Assembly: GCA_016748015.1 (NCBI GenBank)
Contig: JAAOMT010000436.1
Coordinates: 1,362,847 to 1,426,846, forward strand
DNA from: Geosiphon pyriformis uo1
Lineage: Eukaryota; Fungi; Glomeromycota
Direction: 5' to 3'
DNA: 64,000 bases
The translations under genes and the position numbers were made by a program. Under the pieces are notes generated by a model. That model was given only the letters and a program-made list of their open reading frames with translations. It did no database searches and was not told the origin of the DNA. Every line of letters starts with the position of its first letter. Within the stretch, counting starts at the first letter, position 1. Shown here one piece after another: positions 35,001 through 47,337 of this stretch.

Positions 35001-38000
35001 CAATGACAAAAATGGGCAACTACATTGTTGTTCCCTTTAAAACAGAAAAATTGTTCCCTCATAACACGTTAAACTCATTGCAAGCTGAAGATATTCTGTC
35101 CGATAAGATTTTGGAAAGGATTTTACAGGCTGTTTCAATCAAAACAATAGAATGGGTGTTTATAAGAACACCTTCTCATTCATAGGGTTTAAGAATCATC
35201 AAAACTCAGGCTTCCCTCCAAGGTCTAGGCACCAACTCACAAACCAAGCAGAAATTCAAAAGCACCAAAAGCATATCCAGAACCACTCTGTCACAATGCT
35301 TTTATAATTCATTAGAAATACCAGAAAAACCAGCTGCTTTTCCATTAGGCAAGCTCGAAATGACACTGAACATCTCATCAAAACTAATTAAGTTCATGAC
35401 ACCAGAGAAAGCACCATCAAAAACATAGTCTAAAGGCCAAAATTGGCATTTCCAATCATCAGAGAAGTCTAAAACCACCAACTGTCTCCTAGTCTATCTC
35501 TTCATAATCCCATCCACTTTAGATTTAACCAGCTCAGGTTCCAAAACCAACTCATTATTCACTACCAAATGATCCAACACTACCTTGCAAAATGAATACT
35601 CCAAAACACTTCTGATAGTATGACTCTTATTCAACTCAAAACTCTTTATTCTATTCTCAATAGTCTGTCTTATACAAGATTCCTTAGCACACTTAGATTC
35701 CAGCATCTTGGAAGAGCAGTAAGACTTCCTTGCCTTAGCCAGCTCAGAGCGAATATCATTAAAACCAGACTCTAAAAGGAAAAGAGACTTCACTAATGAA
35801 GTGCCAACAGAGTTAAGCCTGTTCCATGTATCCAACAACAGAGCAAAATCACCCTCATAAATCAAACAGAAAGCCTTTACCAGCTTAGAAACCAGCCACT
35901 CCAGTTTATGAAACCTAGAAAACACCTTATTGAAAACACTATTAAAACCTTTGAACCACTTTTTCTTAAAAGTTCCACCTGCCAAAAGAATTATAATTTT
36001 GCGAATAATGTCCTATATTGCATCCAAATCTGAAAATTTCTCAGCCACAACAAATGCATCTAAAAACATAAAGGCATTGGCAGCCGTACCATCCCTGAAC
36101 TCAGCCCACTTCAACTCATTTGTATTCTTGACATCAAACTTTCAGTGATTTTTGTTGGTTTGCTTATATATCGAAAAAAGCCTTGTGTCCAACAAACCAC
36201 CCAGACTCACAGAAACAGAAACAACCTTATGATCAGTGTCAAAAAAATCATCAACATTTAACATGCCATAATTCATGATTACATTAACCAAGTTAGAAGA
36301 AAGAAATACATAATCAATTGTCTTAACAACACCATGAAAATTGCACCAAGTTGGTAACTTAGCAAGAGAGCTCCCACCCAAAGAGTTAACCAACTCCAAA
36401 TTAAAGCATTTTCTAAAACTGGCACACTTGTGAGAACTGTTTTTATTGAAGTTACCACTAAGAATAATGAAGGAGGATTCATTCACAGCTTTAGCGATAA
36501 GAAAATTAATTTCATCAGCCTAAGAAAAACAAACTGTTAAAGAGGCACCAGCATACAGCCCCAAAATGGAAACAGAGAGTCTCTTTCTGAAAAGCAATTT
36601 TACTAACAGGAGCCAACTGAGCACCTCTAGAACCTTGCACACATGTTTTACCAGAGATGAGTTCATAATAATTGCAACACCAAATTCCATGTGACTAGAA
36701 TCCAGACCTGAAGTAAAAACACGAACACCAGCAAACCTATCTGCAATCCAGGGAAGATTTTTCCCTTCAACTTTGTTTCAGTAACAACAGAAATCAGATT
36801 GTTCATACCATTATGCCAACATACAATGTCCACCTGTTTCACACAATTGTTCATTCCTCTAACATTGGACATAGCAATCTTCCAAGTAAACTCACTCATT
36901 GAGAAGGGGGTTGTGAAAGTGTACCAGCAGCTAAAGCCAAACTGTCAAAATGAGCAGACAAACTCAGCACCAAAACAGCAAGGCCTTCCAACATATTTTC
37001 TAACTTGACAACATGGGAGGACACAGAAGAGTCCTTCGCAGTATAAGTAGCAGTAGCAGTAGCAGCAACAGTCTTATCACAAGTGGACTTACCCAAACTC
37101 ACTCCCATTACTATATCCTCCTCTTGATTCTGTAATAAGGAGGTCACTAGTAGTTAACATCCAGGGTTAGGCTGGGGAACTGCTGGCATGAGTGACTCCA
37201 ACCTCTTAGCCAACTTACCAATTTGTCTTGCGAAGCTAATAAGACTGCTTTCAATGCTGACCAACTGTTTTTCCAAATCATTCATAACAGAAAGAAGAGG
37301 TTTACCATTATCAATGGAACCAAAAGAAGGAATCTGTCGATGAGAAGAAACACCAGAAGGAGCACCAACCATTAACACCTAAGTTCTTCCACCAAATGAA
37401 GCTAGGCAAGAGACAGGAGCTGATTTCTTTTTATAAATTACAGCCAGACAAACACGATTCTGATTAGAAACCACTCATCTCTCATGAACTCCAGAACTCC
37501 CACTCACAGAGCAGTTGGCAGTAATATAACCAAATTGTGTACACTGCATGCAATATGCCAAACAAAGACCAGCCCAGTGCAAATTCACATCCTTGAAAAC
37601 TGGAATCAAACCAACAGCAGCCAACTTGAACGCCTCATTCTCAAAACAGATCACAGCACACTGATCACGAACATACAAAGAAGGATTACAGCCAATAAAA
37701 TAAGTTTTCCCACCATATGATTCAAGTAAACCAGAGAGATTATAAGCTATAGTGTCAACAGGTAAGGTATACAACAATGCCTGATGTTGATTCCTCAATA
37801 CCCACATTTGTTTATCCTCTACAGCCAAAGCCACACACACAGAATCTTTTTCCACCAGAACAGACCACTTGGAAGCAACCTGGTTGGCAACTTCAACTGA
37901 CTCAAATTCTACTAGAGCCTTTTGCCAAAGACCAATTAACTGCATCCTGACCGATTTAATTGCACCAAACTTGGAAAACACTGCCACAATTGCCGATTTG

Positions 38001-38951
38001 GGAAGATCTACTGGAATCTTCTTGATGATCACCTCCCAATTCGTATGAATGTTTGCTTTTTTTAAATCATCATTAACCAAAATCTTCTCATTGATTGCCA
38101 TTTTTTTAGCTTTATTTAAACTAAACTCTGATGTAAAAGATGATCTGATAATCTCTGGGAATTTTGAAGAAACAGAGGCTTCTCCAAAGCCATCCACTCA
38201 ATAAAAAATTTTTTTAACTGAAATCAATTTGTCACTAACAGACTTCTCAGGCACAGCTGATAAATTCACATCCAAAGCAAACAATTTTACAGATTCAAAA
38301 TAACAATTCTCCAGAGCATGTGACTTGGGTAATAGCAATTGATTGAATTCACTAAACATACAAGGAGAAAGCTCTAGAGCACAATCATCATCGTTCATGT
38401 GTCCGAAAGAAGGCTGCTTTAGTGGACTGTCTAGTACGTATGTGTAAGTGCGTGTTTTTCTTGGCATAGTGTCGTTCATATTGTCATCCTCGCCTGATTC
38501 CGCAAAGCTGGTCTCTTTGGCAACCATATTTATTATGTTCTTGACATCTGAGAGATTGCCCACACTGCTAGCAACACTGCTTACATCACTTCTCCAAGAA
38601 ACCAAAGGCTTGTTACCAGCACCTCTAATATCTTCCAAGCTTAAAGGATCAGTAGATGAATCCAACACCACACTAATGACAGGTATTTTCAGCTTTTTAT
38701 AGAATGTACCATGAGAGTAAACAGTATTCACACACTTATTTTTGGCAGCCAAATGGGTTCTCAAACCCACCAAACCAGAACTTGGACCACCAGCAGAAGA
38801 GCCCACTGGTTCTATCATAACAAACAGAGGTGTATTGAAAGAAATAACTTAGAATGAAAAGGGAAAAAGAAAAAAGAAAAGCTATACTGTCAATATAATC
38901 TTCACTTTCATTGTGGTTAGGGGATCGACAAGAGAAAGATTTATTTTAAAC
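32072..38951 (-). mobile_element. Full-length LINE copy B, inactivated (ORF1 ~36896-38818, ORF2 ~32212-36899)
   Basis: Same domain order as copy A, with many stops. Poly-T at 32072-32088. TSD TTCATA(TTTT) at 32066-32071 and 38952-38957. ATGA ORF overlap at 36896-36899. Confidence 0.93.
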
Positions 38952-38974
38952 TTCATATTTTAATAAGCTAAAAA

Positions 38975-40490
38975 TACTTTTTATTAAATTACAATTTATT
39001 TTTGCAAACTATAAATTATTTTGGTAAACTGTTAAATATTTTGTTAAATTTTTAAATATTTTGGTAAATTTTGAATATTATATAATTTGATATATTACAT
39101 GATTTAATTATCATAATTTGGTTATATTTGTGTTTTATATAAATCAATTTATTAATTGAATAATAATTCAAATAATTTAATAAGATAATAAATAATAAAT
39201 AATAAATTAAAACAATAATTTATGTTAATTAATATTTTAAATTTTTGCTGATAACACTAATTTATTCTGGTGTTTGTATTCTTATAATAAGTAATTTTTA
39301 TTTTTATGATTATATTTATGCTTTTTTTTAATATTTTTTACCAGATAATTTTTAATATTATAATTTCGACATTTTTTTTAATTAATTAATAAAATAAACA
39401 AAACCACAAAAAAAACAAATAGAAATAAAAGTTAATTTTCTGTCAATAATTATTATTACCAAAGATTTTCATAGTTTTTTAATACAAATATTATAATACA
39501 TACTATAAAAATTATTATTAAAATTATAATAAAAAAACTTATATTATTATATTTAATTAACAAAATTAACTAATAAATAAAAAATTATTAATTAGTTTAA
39601 TAATAATAAAAAGATATAGTACAATCCAGTTGTTTAACTAAATTAAATACAAATAAATTAAAAAATATTAATAGAATTTAAGAATTAATACATATAATCT
39701 AATAATTATGTTTTAAGGTTTTTATATACTTCTATTTATATAATTCAATATTTCAAATCTGCAATTACTATTTAGAAATAATTACCAAAAAATATAATTA
39801 ATTAATCTATATTTAATTATGTTAATTATAATTACAATTAATATTAATAATATATAATTATAGTTTTAAATCTACCCATTTAAATTACTAATTCTTGAAA
39901 AAATAACATGTTAAATAAGTTTTTAATTAAATTATTTATATATACAGTTTTTTATAAACTAAAGAAAATATTAGTTTTATACTAAATCAATTTTTTATTA
40001 TAATTTTATAGTGAGCAATTAGTTATACATTTTTTTTATTAAAAGCTCTAAATACTTCTTATTAATATTTGAAATATATTATATAATTATTATTAATTTT
40101 TCGAATTTTTTGTTATTTTTTAATCTTTAAACACATATTATTAATATTTTATATTATGTTTTATTTTATTAAATAAGTTATTAATTTTATTATTTAATAT
40201 TATTGGTAAAAATTTAATCAGTAATTAACATAAAATTACTCTTATAATTTTTATTATTAATTAGCAAATATTATTATTGTTTCAATTATTACTTATTATT
40301 TATCAAATACTATTATTTAATTAATAATTCGATTTGTACAATACACAAATACAATAATCAAATCATGCAATACTTTAAACTCTATAACATTCAAAAATTC
40401 ATCAAAATTTATAAAAATTCGTAAAATATTTTAATAATTTACTAAAATAATTTATAGTTTATAAAAACAACTTATAAATTATTAAAATAA
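38975..40490. mobile_element. ~1.5-kb decayed non-autonomous TIR DNA transposon
   Basis: 38978-39150 is the reverse complement of ~40325-40490 (for example AAACTATAAATTATTTTGGTAAA vs TTTACTAAAATAATTTATAGTTT). The TIRs contain ~20-bp subrepeats. Exact termini are uncertain. Confidence 0.65.
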
Positions 40491-42089
40491 ATCTTTAATA
40501 TGTCAAAATTATACCAAAGAAAAAGTTGAAATTATAAACTAGTATTACAACAAGTTATAAAAGAAAAGCTTTTCTTTTTGAAAAAATATATTTTAGCTAA
40601 AATTACTTTTATCAAAAATATTTTTCTTAATATCTATTCAAATTATTCCAATAAAAAAAAACTATATTAAAAACAACAAAATTTATAATTATTTACTTAA
40701 AATTTTCTGAATTTAAATTAATGTTTTAAAATTAATTAATTACTAATTTCAGTAATCTATTAGTGACTTTAAATCTAAACAAAAGACAATTTTTTTAACA
40801 AAATTTTTTTCTTTTATATTTTTTATATTTTTTTATATTTTTTTTATTATATATATTAAAGTAATCTACAAACAAAATTTTTGTAAAAAAGTTGACTTTC
40901 ATAGCAAAATAACTATATATTTTTAATAAGTTTTTAAATAAATATTTTTTGAAAAAAAATAGATTTTTATTACAAAGTAATTACATAAATAATTGGTACA
41001 AAATTGTTTATTTTACTTATAAGTCCAACAGTTTATATTATAAAAAATAATTTGAAAATAAATTTAATTATTAAAGATTTAATAGCTTCCAATAATTAGA
41101 AAGTATTAGTAAAATAACTTTAATTATATTCAAAAAAAAACCAAAAACTATCATTAATACTAATTTTGTTTTTTTTATAATATTAATTATGTAATATATT
41201 GTTAAAAATTTGGTTTTTAACAATAGTATTTTAATTAATTAAATATTTTAGTTATAATTTTTGATTTTTATTTTTAAAATTAGGCTTTTAAATACCATAT
41301 ATTTTTGATAACTACTTGAAAAAATTCTGGTTATATTTTGGTTAAATAATTGGTTTCTGGTTTTAATTTGTTTTTTGTAACTTAAATGTGTATTTGATTA
41401 TTTTTTTTTATAAAAATTCATATTAAACTAGTTCTTATCTAAAAATAAATAGTTATAACAATATTTTTTTGCTTTAATATTTTTTTACTTTTTCAAATAC
41501 TAAAATAATTTATTTAACTATGTATATTATTAAAAAAAATATTGTTATTGCTAAAAAAATTTCCAAATTTGTGTTTTTTTTAATAAGTCTTTTAGTTATA
41601 AAAAAACATAAAAAAATAAAATAAAATAATAACTATTAATTCAATTTTTTTCTTATTATTTATTTATTTTTTCTTATTTTTTATTAAACATTTGAATATT
41701 TTAAAATAAAAAATTACTTATTGGCATTTACTTATTCTTTTTTAATTTGTATTATTATAATATTTAAAAATTATTAAATAAAATATAACTAAAAAATATA
41801 TTTAATACTTAATATTAAATTTTAAAAATATTAATGTAAGACATAAAATTATATTAATATATTATTTTTTGTTGATAATATAGATTATCTCTCTATTTTT
41901 AGATTTTTTAATTATTTTTTGAAAAGATTAATAACTAAAATATTTTATAAAACTGATTTTGTATATTAAATTTATACTTATTCAATTTGTTTTTTGAAGT
42001 TGAATTTTATTTGATTTATTTTATTATCCTATAATACTGTTTTTTTTTGCTATTTATTAGTTTATTATTCTAATTCATAATAATATTTT

Positions 42090-42400
42090 TATTAATATAT
42101 TTATTAACTTGGTTATAATTTGATTAAAATAATAATAAATACTAAACTAATCTTAAAATAAGCTTATTTGGTTTTAAAGTGTTTAATTTTTTGACTTTTA
42201 ATATTTCTGCTATATATACATAAATTTTTTGTATTAAAAAAAATTTATGTATATATAATAGAAATATTAAAAACAAAAAAAACAGATTATTTTAAAAACA
42301 AATAAATTTAATTAAAAATTAATTTAATTTTTTATTACTATTTTAATAATAAATTCAATAATTAGTATTTATAACCAATTTAATAAATATATTAATTAAT
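42090..42400. repeat. Long imperfect palindrome centred near 42233, formed by two inverted LTR-like TATA regions
   Basis: TTTTAATATTTCTGCTATATATACATAAATTTTTT-gtatt(aa)-AAAAAATTTATGTATATATAATAGAAATATTAAAA. The arms continue imperfectly for ~150 bp each side. Confidence 0.75.
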
Positions 42401-43414
42401 ATATTTAAAACTATTATTTTATAAATTTATACTTATTAAAATTAACTTATTTATGTTAATATTATTATAAAATAATTTTTTTGGTTTATTAAATATTAAT
42501 ATTTTATTTTAATTATAATTAGTTTTTTGTAAATTTTTAATTTTATTTAATAATATTAATATTATACTAAAAACTTTTTTTAATATTACAATATAAATTA
42601 TTTCTCAATTTTTGATTATTGAGTATATATTTATATACTTTTTTTTAAAGATTACACTAAAATTTACTCACTGTTTTAAAGTTTTTTCTAAAACTATATT
42701 TGTAATTATTTAAAGTGTTTTTCTAATTTTAAAACACAAAATATTAATAGTTTTTAGTATTTTTCTTAATTTCTATAATAAAATTTTTATTAATTAGTAA
42801 TAATATAAATAATTTTAATTAAAGATTATTCTTTTAAAAGATTTAGCTAATAAATAATAATTTTATTTGGTAAATAATACAAATAAATTTTTTAATACTT
42901 TTAATTGTAATAATTTAGTTTTTAATATTTTTTCTTATTTTTTTGATTAAAAATTTCTGTAAATATTTATTTAAAAATAAAACTAAAAGATAATTAAAGT
43001 AAAAGATTAAATTTAACAAGATTAAATTATTAAATAAATTACTATTTTTTTTAATATTAAGGCTACTATATATATGTTTATAATTTTATAAAAAACCATA
43101 TTGTAATATTTTTTTTCGATATTTCAATTTAGTGTTTATTATTATTACTAATTAATGTTTATTACTATTATAAACTGGTATTTATTATTATTATAAAATA
43201 GTACTTACTATTATATTAATTATTATTTTTTTAAAATTATTATTATACTATATTATAATTAAATAATTTATATTATTTTATAATTTTTTTGTTAAATTTT
43301 TGAATTATAATAATGTTTTTAGTATTAATATTATATTATTAATTATATTAGAACAATAGCTTTAAATTATGATTATGATAAAATATTAATTTTTATTTTT
43401 ATTATTTTTTGTTA

Positions 43415-43533
43415 TTTTTTTTTTAATTAATATTTATTAATGAATGAAGTCCAACTACTATCTAGTATATAGAACTAGACTAAATGGCTCAAACTAAATA
43501 CAACTCATGTACTTACTATATATGACTGGCCAC
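43415..43533 (-). mobile_element. 119-bp 5'-truncated LINE insertion (3' UTR + A-rich tail only)
   Basis: GTGGCCAGTCATATATAGTAAGTACATGAG...CTTCATTCATTAATAAA matches the LINE 3' UTR. Flanked by TSD TTTTTGTTA at 43406-43414 and 43534-43542. Confidence 0.8.
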
Positions 43534-43559
43534 TTTTTGTTATTTGTTTTAGTTGTTTA

Positions 43560-44015
43560 TTAATTAATTAAAAAAAATACTAAAATTATAATATTAAAAA
43601 TTGTTGATAAAAAATGTTAAAAAAAAACATAAATATAATTATAAAACCTTTAATAAATTCAGTAATCATTTATAATATTGTTTAAAGCATTAAAACTGAA
43701 TAAGTTTAGCACTAATAATAATAAAGATAACACATTAAAAAAAATTTCCAAAAATTAAACATATTATTTAATAATTTTAAATATATCAATATTTAATTTA
43801 TATGTAAAAACATAATCTAAAAATTCAACTTTATTATAATATAAACAAGTTATTCTAAGATATTATTTATTATATAAATATTTTTTAATAGTAATAAAAA
43901 GCTGTTTATATACAGCTTTTATTAAATATATATACAAACTAACTATATGTTAATTGGTAAAATTAAAGCTTATATAAAAATCTAAATATTAAATTATAAA
44001 TATATAATACTTTTA
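43560..44015 (-). mobile_element. Heavily decayed LINE ORF2 C-terminal relic (copy F), interrupted by copy E
   Basis: Eroded WHPDSH...YFMKA.H.RLPVA.RKRLY region at ~43870-44000. Confidence 0.5.
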
Positions 44016-44019
44016 AAAT

Positions 44020-47000
44020 TTATTTTTTTCTTATATTTAATAAATAAAATCAAATATTATCTAGTAAAATACATTAAACTAAGTAATTTAAACTAAATAT
44101 AAATTATGTATTTTTTATATATAATTAGTTACTTAGACTAAATAAAACAACACTAAACTTTTATGTAAACAGAAATTCTATTATTAATATCTCAAAAAAA
44201 TAGACACAAAACATATATACCAAAATCAATACTAAAAGCTTTAACTATTTTTAGTAATTAACTATTTTATACAATAGTATAAATAAAAAATCACAAACAA
44301 GAAAAAATATTGAATCATCTAATAGCATTAAATTCAATTTTTTATAACAAAACAATATTTGAAATAGACAAGCCATATTTTATTTTTATATATTAAATTT
44401 AAACTATACACAAAATTTATAATTTTATAATAACAATTTTAGAATTTTTAAAAACAGAAAAAGATTTTATATACTAATTTTTAAAAACAAAGTTCTTACA
44501 CAAAATTATATATACAGTAATATTAAAAAAACATAATAAATTAATTAAAACATATATAATAAAAATTTGCACAAATTAAAAAAAAACTTTTATATAGCAA
44601 ATCTGTAATTTTAACAAAATTTTGTAAGCAATAAAGACTATTATACATAAAAAAATAATTAAAAAGTTTTATATTACTATAAAAAACATAATATACTATA
44701 GTAGTATTTATTATAAAAATATTTACAAATAGCCATAAACAATTGATAATATAAAACTTTTATAAAATAAGAATAAGTATTAACAATAATTTGACTTATA
44801 AAGCCAATTACAATATAAGAGTTAAAATATTATACTAAAAATAACTTAATCCAATTAACATTTTTAATTAGACTATAATTTAAAATTTTGGTGCTAAAAC
44901 CATCTTTTTAATAAGTATAATAAATTGTTTAAAAACTGCACAAATAAAATATTTTGTATTTTCAAATATACATATATTATTAATTTTTAAATTTTTTTTT
45001 AAATAATAACTAAAAACACTATATTTAAAAAAAATACAGTATTAACCAAATTATTAATTTTGCTATTACTAAAAATACCAAAATAATTTTTAATTTTGAA
45101 CCAAAATATATACAGTTTTTTTTTCTTAATAATATTTGCAATATAATACTATTTTATTTAAAAATAATTACAAAAGTTTAATAAAACCAAAACCAATTTT
45201 AAAAAGCATATATTTAAAGCTATTTAACTGTTTAATAATATAGTAACTGCACAAAAAAAAGCACACTTCAAAACCAATATAATAGTTTATAGTTTAATTA
45301 AAGTAAATAAAACCAAACCAAAAACTTTAAATTTAATACTTAAATTTATATTATTAAAGAATATTACAACATTAGTTTTTATATCAATTAAACCCAAAAT
45401 TTTCAAGAAATTATTAATATAGATAAAAAAACTTAAAAAATTAGCAATTTGTAACTTATTACAAATAAAAAATTTATTTAAATTAAGTATACTTAAAAAC
45501 TAGAAATTTATAACAAAAGATAAAAAAACTTGGTAATAAGTTAAATATTCTAAAAATACAACTGCCAAAGTAAATTATTTAAAAACTAGATTATAAAAAT
45601 CCAGTTTTTTAATATTAAAAGCTTTTTTAATTAAGAACTTTATTATTTTTACTATACAATTGCTTAATAAAAGCAATATTAAAATGCTTAAATAAGCCAA
45701 AAACATTAAAAAAACCGAATTTATAAGAACTATTAACATTGAAATACTTTTTAAAAACCAAAAAGCAGAAAACAAAATGTTATCTAAAAACAAATTATGA
45801 TTACAAAAATTTTAACCATTTTAATTAAGAAATAATTTACCAAATTAACTTTAAAGCAAACAAAAAATAATAAAAAATAAGTAAAAACCTAATTCAAAAT
45901 TTGTAAATCCAAAAACTTATAATTAAAAAGCTGGCCAAAAATATCACAAATATTTGAAAAGCTTATTATAAAAACCAATTTGTTTTTAATTTATATTTGT
46001 TTAAAAAATTTTAAGTTATACAAAAAAAAAATTTTATCATTAAAAAAATTTATTAATAATTTAAACTTAAATTTTAAACTTTTTTTTATTAAAATATTTT
46101 ACTTATTATATATATTAAAAAAAATAAAAATAAATTAAGATTTGTAGTTAATAATAAGATATAATATTACAGAAACTAAATAAAAAAATTGTTTATTTAA
46201 AATAATTTTTCTCAGTATTTTATTAATAAAAAATTTAACATATAAATAAATTTTGGTTAAATTAAGCTTAAATAATCTATCTATAAATAAAAAAATTCTT
46301 AAGTATCTGTAAGTTTTATTTTTTTTGACAATTAAAATAAGTGAGTTACTAATAAACAACAAGAAAACACCAACTTTATAATTAATAAAAATAACTACTG
46401 TTTTATTATTATTAATTAAAATATTATTAATTTGAAAAAACTTACTTATAATATCTAAAATATATTACATTATTATTTAACTGCTACTAACCTAAATTGT
46501 ATTATTAATAAAGCTCTAATTATAAAAAAAGATATTAAATTGACTTGGTTTTTAACTTAGTCTGTTTTGGCTACAAATTTAAAGTCTATTTTATATTTGT
46601 ATATACTATTTTATCTTTTAATTTTATACAAAAAAGAATTATAAAATATATACTAAAAGAAAAAAAAAAACTTTATTTTAATTTAAATTATTATGTATAT
46701 AATACTTATCTGTTAATTTAAAGTCAGTTATAATTTAATTAACTCTATTATTGTAAATTTTACTAAAAAATCTAATAAATTTGTTACATATTTTAATATA
46801 AATTAAGTTGTTTTTTAAGTACTACCAACTTACTAAGTTATATATTTTGCATATATTTTATAAAACCAACCAAAATTTATGGTTTTTTTCTAAAACATTC
46901 TTAATTATTAAACTAATTGCCAAAATTAAAGATTGCATAAAAGTACTTCTCAAAACAAAAAATTATCTTTATAAAAAATATTAAACTTATTATAAACCAA

Positions 47001-47337
47001 AGAAATTTTGTTAGATAAAATCTTAAAAAATTTTTTTTTGTAGTTTTAATTAAAACAATAGATTGTGTGTTTATTAAGATACTTTTTTATTTATGTAACT
47101 TAAAAATTATAGAAACTTATATTTTTTTTTAAGATTAAAAGATAAATTTATACATTAAACAAACATTCAAAAGATTCAAAAACATATTTAAAATTGATTT
47201 ATTATAATATTTTCACAACTTATTTATTATTCCAAAAAAACTAATAGCTTTTTTATTAGACAAATCTATTATTATACTTAATATTTTATCAAAATTAATA
47301 AAATACATAATACCAGAAAAAACATTATTGACTATAT
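44020..47337 (-). mobile_element. Heavily decayed LINE copy E, 3' portion (3' UTR, ZnF, RNaseH, RT)
   Basis: 44085-44155 aligns ungapped to the copy A 3' UTR (19679-19749). RT motifs are recognisable at 46100-47330. The element continues at 60973 after the Gypsy insertion. Confidence 0.85.
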
